From assembly GCA_031362565.1 (NCBI GenBank), contig JANLSU010000132.1:1-64000 (forward strand): DNA of 64,000 nt, given 5' to 3'. Source of the DNA: a bacterium (lineage in GTDB: Bacteria; Krumholzibacteriota; Krumholzibacteriia; G020349025). The position numbers were made by a program, and so were the translations under genes. How positions within the stretch are numbered: position 1 is the first letter of the stretch; the number at the start of each line of letters is the position of its first letter. Positions 48,498 to 56,873 of this stretch are shown piece after piece. Under the pieces are notes generated by a model that saw only the letters and a list, made by a program, of their open reading frames with translations, was not told where the DNA came from and made no database searches.

Positions 48498-49319
48498 ACG
48501 GCGCTTGAAGGCCAGCACCGCTCCCAATACTGCCAAGCAGGCTGCCAGCATGACGAGAATGCTCGGCGACGCCGGCAAGTCGTAGTGCACCGACCCCAGC
48601 AGTCCCCCAACGCTCGCCAGGAACGCGAACAGCCAGCCGACGGCGAGTGCCGCACCTGGCCGCGACGCCGCCAGAATTCCCGCCACCGCCGGAATCACCA
48701 GCAGGCCGAAGACGAGCAGCACGCCGGCAATTTGCACCGACTGTGTCACCACGAGTCCAAACAGCGCATAGAACAGAAAATCCCACAGGAAGATTTTCCG
48801 TCCGCGCGCCCGCGCCCCCTCCGGGTCATTCGTGATCTCGAAGAACGGTTTGCGCAGGAGCACGTGCACGACGCTAATCGCGACATACAGGACGGCCGTC
48901 TTCAGCAAGCGGTTGGGGTCGACAGTGTAAAGAGTTCCGACCAGCGTTTCCTTCAGGTGTTCCATGCCCGAGGGATTGCTCTCGAGGACTAGGAACACCG
49001 CCGATTGCGCCGTCGCGAACACGATGCCGATGAAAGCCTCGAGTGGCACGCGACGGTCTTGGCTCCGGAGCCAAGCAAAACAGGCCGCCCCCACCAGCGT
49101 CATGCCGAGCGGCCAGAGATAGCTCGCCACCGGGTTCTCGTGCATCCCGGTGGCGATCGCAAACGCCACCCCGAGCGCCGCCATCTGCGCCAGCGCCAGA
49201 TCGACGAAGATGACACCCCGCCGTACTACGTGGAAGCCCAGATAGGCATGCAGCCCGGCCAGCACCAGAATCGCAAAGAGCGCGATGCGGAAAAAAGGCA
49301 GAGAAAACGCCTCCATCAT
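48486..49319 (-). CDS. metal ABC-3 type permease (ZnuB/MntB-like)
   Basis: LGFHVVRRGVIFVDLALAQ, EAFIG, GVLLVFGLLVIPA. Confidence 0.85.
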   Translation of the reverse strand: MMEAFSLPFFRIALFAILVLAGLHAYLGFHVVRRGVIFVDLALAQMAALGVAFAIATGMHENPVASYLWPLGMTLVGAACFAWLRSQDRRVPLEAFIGIVFATAQSAVFLVLESNPSGMEHLKETLVGTLYTVDPNRLLKTAVLYVAISVVHVLLRKPFFEITNDPEGARARGRKIFLWDFLFYALFGLVVTQSVQIAGVLLVFGLLVIPAVAGILAASRPGAALAVGWLFAFLASVGGLLGSVHYDLPASPSILVMLAACLAVLGAVLAFKRRSRA

Positions 49320-50200
49320 TTGCCTCCCGCAACCTGGTCCAGAATTGCCTGGATATGCGCCAGGTAGGACCCTGCTTTGATGTCGTCGCACGATCCGGAG
49401 GCGTGCACGATGCGAATCCCGGCTTGCCGCTTCAGGAACTCGCCGCCGTCTTCCGAGAAATACGGTTCCTCGATCACGACCGGGATGCTCTTCTGCTTGA
49501 TCACGTCGACGAGTTCCTGGAGGTGCCGGGCAGTCGGCGGAATGCCCGGAATGGGTTCGATCGTCGACACCACGTTGAGACCGAACGCGTCACCGAAATA
49601 GGCCCATGACCGGTGGTACGTGAGGATGTCGCGGCTCGACATCGACTTCATCTGCATGGCCCCGCGCACAGTGAGGTCATTGCATGCCTTCGAAAACTCC
49701 TCGGCATGTTTGTCGAAGTCGGCGGCGTGCGCCGGGTCGACCCTGGCGAGTGCCTCGGCGATCGTTTGTCCGGCGATGGCCGCATTGCGCGGGTCGAGCC
49801 AATAGTGCGGGTTGCCGTTCGGATGCACGTCGCCCATCGATGCGTCGACCTTGCCGGTCGGCTTCTCGAGCACATTGACGTTGGCCGAGCAGTCCACCAC
49901 AAGCACCTTGCTGTTGTGCGAACCATCGATGATCTGATCCGCCCACTGGTCGAGTCCCAAGCCCACCTTCAAGTACACCTGAGCGCGCGACACGCGCACC
50001 ATGTACGACGGCAGAACTTCGACGCGGTGCGGATCGGCGCCGGGACGCGCGATCGTCACCACCTCCACTTGGTCGCCGCCGATGGTCGAAGCGATGGAAC
50101 CGAGGTCGGTCGTCGAAGCAGCGACATGGATCGCGGCCTGCGCCGGCCCGAACGCCAACGCGGCCAGAACCACAAACACGCCGGCAAGATTGCGTTGCAT
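49316..50200 (-). CDS. metal substrate-binding protein (ZnuA/TroA cluster A-I)
   Basis: DPHRVE, GDVHPNGNPHYWLDP, TYHRSW, EPIPGIPP. Confidence 0.92.
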   Translation of the reverse strand: MQRNLAGVFVVLAALAFGPAQAAIHVAASTTDLGSIASTIGGDQVEVVTIARPGADPHRVEVLPSYMVRVSRAQVYLKVGLGLDQWADQIIDGSHNSKVLVVDCSANVNVLEKPTGKVDASMGDVHPNGNPHYWLDPRNAAIAGQTIAEALARVDPAHAADFDKHAEEFSKACNDLTVRGAMQMKSMSSRDILTYHRSWAYFGDAFGLNVVSTIEPIPGIPPTARHLQELVDVIKQKSIPVVIEEPYFSEDGGEFLKRQAGIRIVHASGSCDDIKAGSYLAHIQAILDQVAGGK

Positions 50201-50214
50201 GATTGTTGCCTCCA

Positions 50215-51333
50215 TTAGAACTGATGCGCCTTGTGCGGACCCATCGAATAGATGACGCGCAGCGTGTAGGTGTCGAACGAATCGCCGCCATCGGGGACGG
50301 TGCGGCGCCATTCACCGCGGAACACCGTGCTCTCTTCGAGCAGTGCGAGACCGGCATACGCGCCGATGCTCTGATCGCGCTCTTCGCCCAGAGTGGGGCG
50401 TTGGAAGGCTTCGTACGATGCGCCGGCATCGTAGCGCGTCGCCCAGTTGAAATCGGCGAAGATGTAGCCGCCGGTCGGAGTCACGACGCTCGTTTCGTAC
50501 CCGGTTGCGGGGTCCCATGCGGCCACGTCGCGATCGAGGTGCAGCGCTTCCCCTTGCAGTACCAGGCACGCCCGCGGACTCGTCCACAGCTTGGCTTTGG
50601 CATCGACCCCGAAGACACGGGTCCGCGCTCCGGCCGCAACGTTGTTGGTGCCACCGGTCGCCGACACACCGAATTCGATTCCCGATTGATCGCCGGCGAG
50701 TGCGAAGCCTGACACGCGACCGTTGTACGCCGGACGCGATTCCCCCGCCGCGTCGTCACCGCCCAGTGCAAGCGGGTCGCCGGCATCGCCGGACGGCAGG
50801 CGCGCGATCCGGAATGTGTCGCCCTGCAGCCAGTCGGCGGAGACATCGAGCGAAAAGTCGCCGGCGACCGGCACGCGCCGCGACAACGACACGCCGCGTT
50901 CAATGAGCGCCTCATCACCCGGCAGGTACGCCGCCAAGACGCCGAAGCGCTCCGCAAATGGCAACGCGTGCGGATGGGTCGGATTCAGATGTCCGAACGC
51001 GGTACGATACTGCCCGCCTTTCAGCGCCAACCCGGCGGGCAGGCCGCGCACCAGCGTGAAATAGCCTTCCTCCAGCTCGAGTCCGCCGGTACCCAGCGAC
51101 ATGGTGAAGTTGCCGTGTGCATACGGGTTCAACGGTGCGTCAAAGACGATCTCGGTTTCGCCGATGTCGATGCGCGGCCGTTTGCGATCGGCCGCCGCGG
51201 GGTCGTTGGTGAATGTGATGAACGGCTGCCCGATCACCGAAATGTCGGGGTTCACCACGCCGGCGATCGCGACCGCCGCCGCGAGCGCCAGAGTTGCCGA
51301 TGCCACCAGGGTCATCAGCCCAATACGAGACAC
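50215..51333 (-). CDS. outer-membrane beta-barrel associated with metal uptake
   Basis: Signal peptide, NPDISVIG, EEGY, FGHLNPTHPH, amphipathic strands, C-terminal GPHKAHQF. Confidence 0.75.
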   Translation of the reverse strand: MSRIGLMTLVASATLALAAAVAIAGVVNPDISVIGQPFITFTNDPAAADRKRPRIDIGETEIVFDAPLNPYAHGNFTMSLGTGGLELEEGYFTLVRGLPAGLALKGGQYRTAFGHLNPTHPHALPFAERFGVLAAYLPGDEALIERGVSLSRRVPVAGDFSLDVSADWLQGDTFRIARLPSGDAGDPLALGGDDAAGESRPAYNGRVSGFALAGDQSGIEFGVSATGGTNNVAAGARTRVFGVDAKAKLWTSPRACLVLQGEALHLDRDVAAWDPATGYETSVVTPTGGYIFADFNWATRYDAGASYEAFQRPTLGEERDQSIGAYAGLALLEESTVFRGEWRRTVPDGGDSFDTYTLRVIYSMGPHKAHQF

Positions 51334-51341
51334 GTGCAATC

Positions 51342-51402
51342 CTCCAAGGAATCATCCTGGAATCGTCGCCGGCGCACCGCACAAGTTGTTAATGCGATGC
51401 GC
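51342..51402 (-). promoter_or_regulatory. two predicted RNA hairpins in the leader of the barrel gene, one overlapping the GGAGG RBS
   Basis: GCGCAUCGCA/UGCGGUGCGC stem (51402-51372) and UUCCAGGA-UGAU-UCCUUGGAG stem (51362-51342), paired by eye. Confidence 0.5.
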
Positions 51403-51476
51403 AAACACAGCTCGATGCACGGCGATTGAGACGCCGGTCGTCGAGACGCTGCGTGTGGCTCATGGCACGGGCCGTG

Positions 51477-51764
51477 TCAGGCGATCGCGAGATTCCCGGG
51501 AGGGGCGCGGAGCGGTGCGTGAACGATGCTCGGAGGTTCAAGGCGGCGGTGTTCGACGCGCCAGGTGGTTTCGAAAACCTGCGCCTCGAGCAGGCGCGTT
51601 ACATCATAGACGACGGGTGGAGCGCCGGAGGGCGCCGCGACGACGCGGCAGTATCCGCAAGCTGCTTCCTCGAAGACGCAGTGGTGCCCATGCACCGGCT
51701 CGGCGCGGGCCACGAACGACACGAGCAGCACCAGGCAGAAGAGTATGGCGCGCACCCGTGGCAT
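51477..51764 (-). CDS. DUF2946/CruR-like leader protein (signal peptide, His/Cys cluster, CxxC, RAPP)
   Basis: Hydrophobic leader ending ARA, HGHHC...CGYC, C-terminal PLRAPP; first gene of the metal-uptake cluster. Confidence 0.72.
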   Translation of the reverse strand: MPRVRAILFCLVLLVSFVARAEPVHGHHCVFEEAACGYCRVVAAPSGAPPVVYDVTRLLEAQVFETTWRVEHRRLEPPSIVHAPLRAPPGNLAIA

Positions 51765-51941
51765 CGGCTTCCCCCCGTTGCGGCCGGCCGGCTTCGAACC
51801 GGCGGCAAGACGGTCGAGCTCTTGAACGCTAGAGCCCCGGGCGGCGAGCCGTCAATCCGATCCCGGCCGCGGGCGATTCCAGACAGTTCCACGCATGCCC
51901 CTTACGGGCACCTTGGAACGGCCTTGCTGACGGACCGCCCC

Positions 51942-51992
51942 TTGACCCGGCCCGCAGGCGACCCGTATTCTCTGATTGAGATTGAGTCTCAA
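51942..51992 (+). promoter_or_regulatory. sigma70-like promoter with downstream Fur-box-like palindrome
   Basis: TTGACC (51942-47), 18 nt, TATTCT (51966-71); TTGAGA-TTGAG-TCTCAA (51976-92) upstream of fur-feoB. Confidence 0.65.
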
Positions 51993-52042
51993 CTACAGGT
52001 TGCGGCCGGGTGTTCCGGCCCCTCCACGGGGGAGCCGAGAAG

Positions 52043-52558
52043 ATGGAAGCCCAGCCCGCGCGCCGGCGCGCCGAACGCGGCCACCCCAAGACGGCCGAGC
52101 CCGAAGAGCGCCTCCGCGACTACCTGCGGTCCAAGAACCTGCGCATGACCCCCGAGCGGAGGTGGGTGCTGCAAGGCGTGCTGTCCCGCGACGGCCATTT
52201 CGATGCCGAGGAGTTGCTGCAGTTCCTGCATCGCCGCCACATGCCGGTCTCCCGCGCCACGCTCTACCGCACCCTCGATCACCTGACCGCGTCCGGCCTC
52301 GTCAAGCGGCACCGCTTCGGCCAAGGACACGCGCTGTTCGAGCACATCTATGGACGGCACCACCATGACCACATGGTGTGCGACCGCTGCCATAGCGTGA
52401 TCGAGTTCATGAATGAAGATATCGAGCGGCTGCAGGACCAGGTGTGTTCCGAACACGGCTTCGTGTCGACCAATCACGTCATGCAAATTTTCGGCATCTG
52501 CAAGAGCTGCCAAGAGGCGGAGGCGAAACGCATGTCGATGGCGACTCGTGAAGCATGA
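52043..52558 (+). CDS. fur: Fur-family transcriptional repressor
   Basis: LRMTPER, HFDAEEL, SRATLYRTL, HHHDHMVCDRC, GICKSC. Confidence 0.9.
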   Translation: MEAQPARRRAERGHPKTAEPEERLRDYLRSKNLRMTPERRWVLQGVLSRDGHFDAEELLQFLHRRHMPVSRATLYRTLDHLTASGLVKRHRFGQGHALFEHIYGRHHHDHMVCDRCHSVIEFMNEDIERLQDQVCSEHGFVSTNHVMQIFGICKSCQEAEAKRMSMATREA

Positions 52559-54687
52559 GCGACGCCAACCACAACTTGGCGCTGGGCGACAGCGATGTGA
52601 CAAGCGGCGACGCCGCGCTTTCGACCGCGGCACGGCTCGGGATGCGTGGCGAGAGTACGGCGTCACTGCCGCGCCTCGTGCTCGTCGGTAATCCCAACGT
52701 CGGCAAGAGCGTCCTCTTTGGATTCCTCACGAAGCGTTACGTGACGGTGTCGAACTATCCCGGCACGACCGTCACTGTGACGCGCGGCAGAGCAACGATC
52801 GACGGGCGCGAATTCGAAGTCCTTGACTCGCCCGGAATCAACAGCCTCGTCCCGATGTCGGAGGACGAGGAAGTCACCCGTAACATCCTGTTGCGCGCCC
52901 CGGCCGAGGCGGTCGTGCAAGTCGCCGATGCCAAGAACTTGCGCCGCGCCCTCATCTTGTCGACGCAACTGGCCGAAATGGGTGTGCCCTTCGCGCTCGA
53001 CCTCAACATGACGGACGAGGCGGCCGAGCTGGGTGTACGCATCGATCGCGAGCGGCTCGAAGAGCGCCTCGGAGTGCACGTCGTGCGCACCGTAGCCACG
53101 CGCCGCAACGGCGTCGACGACCTGCGCCGCGCGCTCGTGAACCAACGGCGTTGCACGTTGCGGATCCCCTATCCCGCCGCCCTCGAAGAGGCCATTGCCG
53201 CGATGGCGCCGACGCTGCCGGACACCCACCTCGACAAGCGCGCCCTCGCAGTATCAGTGCTGTCCGGTGACGAAACACTCCGGCCGTGGCTGCACGAACG
53301 AATCGGTGACGCCGGTGTGCAAATGCTCGAGGATTTGCGCCGCCAGACGGCAGCCCGCATCCGCGAGCCGTTGTCGGTGGTCGTGAACCGCAGCCGCTTG
53401 CAGGCCGTCGATGCCCTGCTGCGTGAGGTCGAATCACGGCCCAAGCACCGGGTCGGCGGCTGGCTCGATCAACTGGGCAGTTACAGCATGCACCCTTTGT
53501 GGGGCGTGCCGATTCTCTTGGGCGTCTTGTGGGTCATGTACCAGTTCGTGGGGGTCTTGGGCGCCGGCACTCTGGTCGACGTGCTGGAAAACAAATTCTT
53601 CGCCGCCCATTTGTCGCCGTGGGCCATGCAAGCGGCCGACGCCCTGCTGCGGTTTCCGCACACTCACGTCATCGTGAACGGCGTCATTCAATCCGACTAC
53701 ACGTCGACGGCGACGGCGTACACCACCGCCCAGCAGGTCGCGCGCTTCGTGCACGATTTGCTGGTCGGGCAGTACGGCCAGATCACTATGGCGCTTTCCT
53801 ATTCGATCGCCCTCATTCTGCCGATCGTGTCGACATTCTTCCTGGCCTTCGGGATGCTGGAGGATTCGGGCTACCTGCCGCGCCTCGCCGTCATGGTGAA
53901 CCGGCTCTTCAAATTGATGGGCCTGAACGGCAAGGCCGTGCTTCCCATGGTGCTCGGCTTGGGCTGCGACACGATGGCGACCTTGACGACGCGCATTCTC
54001 GAGACCAAAAAAGAGCGGATCATCGTGACGCTGCTCTTGGCACTCGGCGTGCCGTGCTCGGCGCAACTGGGCGTCATTCTCGGCATGATCCGGTCGCTGT
54101 CGATCGGCGCCACGATCGTTTGGGGCGGGTCGATCGTGGTGACCATGTTCGCGGTCGGCTGGCTCGCGGCCAAGCTCCTGCCGGGACAATCGTCCGACTT
54201 CATTCTGGAACTGCCGCCCATCCGCCTGCCGCAGTTGAGCAACATCGTCGTCAAGACGCTGGCACGGATCGAATGGTATCTGAAAGAAGCCGTGCCGCTC
54301 TTCCTGCTCGGCACTTTGGTGCTCTTCCTGGCCGACCGCCTGCGCATTTTGGGCGTCATCGAACGTATCTCCGAACCCATCGTCGTCGGGGTGCTCGGGC
54401 TGCCGGCCAAGGCCGCCGACGCCTTTCTGATCGGTTTCTTGCGGCGCGACTACGGCGCCGCCGGCCTGTACGACATGGCGCGCGACGGCCTCCTGAACCC
54501 CGTCCAAGTCGTGGTGTCGATGGTGACGATCACCCTCTTCATCCCGTGTATCGCCAACTTCTTCATCATGATCAAGGAACGCGGTGCCAAGACCGCGCTC
54601 CTCATGACGGCGTTCGTCGTGCCCATGGCGCTCTTCGTCGGTGGCGTGCTCAACTTCGGCCTGCACGCGCTGGGGGTGACGTTCTAG
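52555..54687 (+). CDS. feoB: ferrous iron transport protein B
   Basis: GNPNVGKS, NYPGTT, DSPG, NMTDE, LEDSGYLPR, GLGC, PCSAQ, ELPP. Confidence 0.96.
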   Translation: MSDANHNLALGDSDVTSGDAALSTAARLGMRGESTASLPRLVLVGNPNVGKSVLFGFLTKRYVTVSNYPGTTVTVTRGRATIDGREFEVLDSPGINSLVPMSEDEEVTRNILLRAPAEAVVQVADAKNLRRALILSTQLAEMGVPFALDLNMTDEAAELGVRIDRERLEERLGVHVVRTVATRRNGVDDLRRALVNQRRCTLRIPYPAALEEAIAAMAPTLPDTHLDKRALAVSVLSGDETLRPWLHERIGDAGVQMLEDLRRQTAARIREPLSVVVNRSRLQAVDALLREVESRPKHRVGGWLDQLGSYSMHPLWGVPILLGVLWVMYQFVGVLGAGTLVDVLENKFFAAHLSPWAMQAADALLRFPHTHVIVNGVIQSDYTSTATAYTTAQQVARFVHDLLVGQYGQITMALSYSIALILPIVSTFFLAFGMLEDSGYLPRLAVMVNRLFKLMGLNGKAVLPMVLGLGCDTMATLTTRILETKKERIIVTLLLALGVPCSAQLGVILGMIRSLSIGATIVWGGSIVVTMFAVGWLAAKLLPGQSSDFILELPPIRLPQLSNIVVKTLARIEWYLKEAVPLFLLGTLVLFLADRLRILGVIERISEPIVVGVLGLPAKAADAFLIGFLRRDYGAAGLYDMARDGLLNPVQVVVSMVTITLFIPCIANFFIMIKERGAKTALLMTAFVVPMALFVGGVLNFGLHALGVTF

Positions 54688-54929
54688 TGAGCGCCGCGCA
54701 TGAACCCATGACCATGCCCTGCCCGCTGTGCGGCGGCACCCTCCGGGAACAAGTCACCGGCTGCTCGACTTGTCCCATGAATGGTGGCTGCGACATGCTG
54801 TGTTGCGATAACTGCGGATACGAGACCGTAGCACCACGTTCAGCGACCGTGGCCCTCGCGAAGAAAATCATCCGCTTTGTGAGAAGGAAGAAACGTGCAT
54901 CCGGAATTTCTGACCCAACCCACGGATGA
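54687..54929 (+). CDS. small Cys-rich FeoB-associated protein (8 Cys)
   Basis: CPLC-x9-CSTCP-x4-CDMLCCDNCGYE; GTG overlaps the feoB stop (alternative ATG 54708); hidden at the end of shadow ORF 53499..54929. Confidence 0.75.
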   Translation: MSAAHEPMTMPCPLCGGTLREQVTGCSTCPMNGGCDMLCCDNCGYETVAPRSATVALAKKIIRFVRRKKRASGISDPTHG

Positions 54930-55557
54930 GATCCTCGAGTCGCTGTGGTGTTTGCGCGAAGAAAACCGCGCCAATCTGCCGGCGCTCCTGGCGCGCATGC
55001 CCGCCGGCGACACCGAGGCGCTCGTGCGCCGTATGGCGGCGTCCGGCCTGCTGCGCCTGCAGGACGGCAACATCGAACTCGTGGGCGAAGGCGAAGCCCG
55101 CGCCCGCACCATCGTACGCTGCCACCGGCTCGCCCAACGCCTCCTGCACGATGTGCTGCTGCTGACGCACGACGAATCCGAGCAGACCGCCTGCCTGATG
55201 GAACACGTCTTGTCGCCGGTCGTGGCCGACGCCGTGTGCGGCTTCCTGGGACATCCGCCGACGAGTCCCTCGGGGCTCGCGATTCCGGACGGCGCCTGCT
55301 GCACGGCGCGCCATGGGGATGTACGGCCGGTCGTCGTGTCGCTGCGCGATCTCGAAATCGGCAAACCGGCGCGCATCGTGTTCATGTCGCAAAGCTTCCA
55401 CAAGCGCGTCGACCGCCTGGGCAGTTATGGTGTCGTGCCGGGAAGCATGGTGCGGCTGCGCCAGCGGCGGCCGTCGTACGTGCTCGATGTCGACGGCACG
55501 AGTTTGGCGCTCGATTCCGAGGTTGCGAGCGAAATCTACGTGCGGCGGGAGGACTGA
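54895..55557 (+). CDS. DtxR/MntR-family metal-dependent regulator with C-terminal FeoA domain
   Basis: DEILE, RCHRLAQRLL, ACLMEHVLS, LGHPPTSPSGLAIP; FeoA-like RLGSYGVVPG. Confidence 0.88.
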   Translation: MHPEFLTQPTDEILESLWCLREENRANLPALLARMPAGDTEALVRRMAASGLLRLQDGNIELVGEGEARARTIVRCHRLAQRLLHDVLLLTHDESEQTACLMEHVLSPVVADAVCGFLGHPPTSPSGLAIPDGACCTARHGDVRPVVVSLRDLEIGKPARIVFMSQSFHKRVDRLGSYGVVPGSMVRLRQRRPSYVLDVDGTSLALDSEVASEIYVRRED

Positions 55558-55559
55558 TC

Positions 55560-56873
55560 TTGGGCGACGCGCGCATTCCGATCGCCGGGCCGACCGAACT
55601 GCCGCCGGAGGCCGCCCACGGTCGTCTCTATCAACGCGACGAACTCCTGGCGCGGCTCGCGGATCCCACTCTCACTATTGCCGATGTGCTGCCGCGAGTC
55701 GCCTTCGAGGATGCACGCATTCCGGGCTCCTTGTGCCTGCCCCTCGACGAGATTCCGCAGCGCGCCCGCACGCTGCTCCCGGACATGGATCAAGAGATTG
55801 CGCTGTACTGCGGCGGCCCGACGTGTCCGCTGAGCGAGCAAGCGGTCGGCCAGTTGCTGCAGATGGGCTATCACAAAGTCGGCCACTATCCCGGCGGGAT
55901 CCTCGAGTGGACGGAAGTCGGTTGCCCGGTGGAGACGGGACCGGAGGATGCGCCGCGCAGGGTCACTGCGTCGGCATCGGCATCTGCCTCGGAAACCGGC
56001 GGCAACACGTCGAGCCAGAGTGTTGCGTCCGCCGCGGCGCGCAACCGGGGCACCGCATTTGTGCGCGGCCTGCGGGCGCGCCCACGGAGTTGGATCGAAC
56101 GCCTGGCGAATGTGTCCTACGGGGGACTGATCTGGCGTTGGTTCGCCATGGTTGGCGGGTTGGGACTCGCATACTGGATGATTCCGGCCTTGCATTGGGG
56201 CGCGCTCCGCGATGCCGGTGCGCCGGTGGAATTCACGTTGCCGGGTCTACTGACCGCGCTCTATTTCAGCGCCGTCACCGCAACCTCGGTCGGATTTGGC
56301 GATGTCGTCCCGATCGGCATACTGCGTCTCTTGGCGGTCGTCGAGGGCGCCGCGGGCCTCCTGCTCTTCGGCTGCATCATTTCGAAGCTCGTTTCGGCAC
56401 GGCAGGAAATGCTCGTCGAAGAAACCCATCGCACCGCCTTCGAGGACCGATTGGAACGGGTACGCACCAACCTGCACCTGGTGCTTTCCGAACTCCAAAC
56501 GATCGCCATCACGAACGCTACACAAGGATCGACTTCGGAGCGTGCCCTCGCCCGTCTCGAGAGCGTCGCCATGATGCTCGCTGGAGAGCTGCGCACGATT
56601 CACGACCTGCTGTACCATCCGCAGCAGGCGCCGGACGAATACATGCTCGAGGGATTGCTGGCCGGACTGGCCGCCGACCTGCGCGAGCTTGCCGATCTCG
56701 TCGCCGCGGCACCGCAAGCTCGCGAGCGTTCGCCGCTTCTCGGCACGACTTTGCTGAGCGTTCGCACCCTGGCCGGTGAGGTGTGTGGCGAATGTGTCCC
56801 CCGCCAGTACGCACCGCATCTGAAGGTGTGGATGGACCGCATCCAGGAATACGCCCGCACTCTGGCGCCATGA
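55560..56873 (+). CDS. rhodanese domain fused to a 2-TM potassium-channel domain
   Basis: RIPGSLCLP, YCGGPTCPLS, YPGGILEW; LYFSAVTATSVGFGDVVP; GGGAGG RBS before TTG. Confidence 0.82.
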   Translation: MGDARIPIAGPTELPPEAAHGRLYQRDELLARLADPTLTIADVLPRVAFEDARIPGSLCLPLDEIPQRARTLLPDMDQEIALYCGGPTCPLSEQAVGQLLQMGYHKVGHYPGGILEWTEVGCPVETGPEDAPRRVTASASASASETGGNTSSQSVASAAARNRGTAFVRGLRARPRSWIERLANVSYGGLIWRWFAMVGGLGLAYWMIPALHWGALRDAGAPVEFTLPGLLTALYFSAVTATSVGFGDVVPIGILRLLAVVEGAAGLLLFGCIISKLVSARQEMLVEETHRTAFEDRLERVRTNLHLVLSELQTIAITNATQGSTSERALARLESVAMMLAGELRTIHDLLYHPQQAPDEYMLEGLLAGLAADLRELADLVAAAPQARERSPLLGTTLLSVRTLAGEVCGECVPRQYAPHLKVWMDRIQEYARTLAP

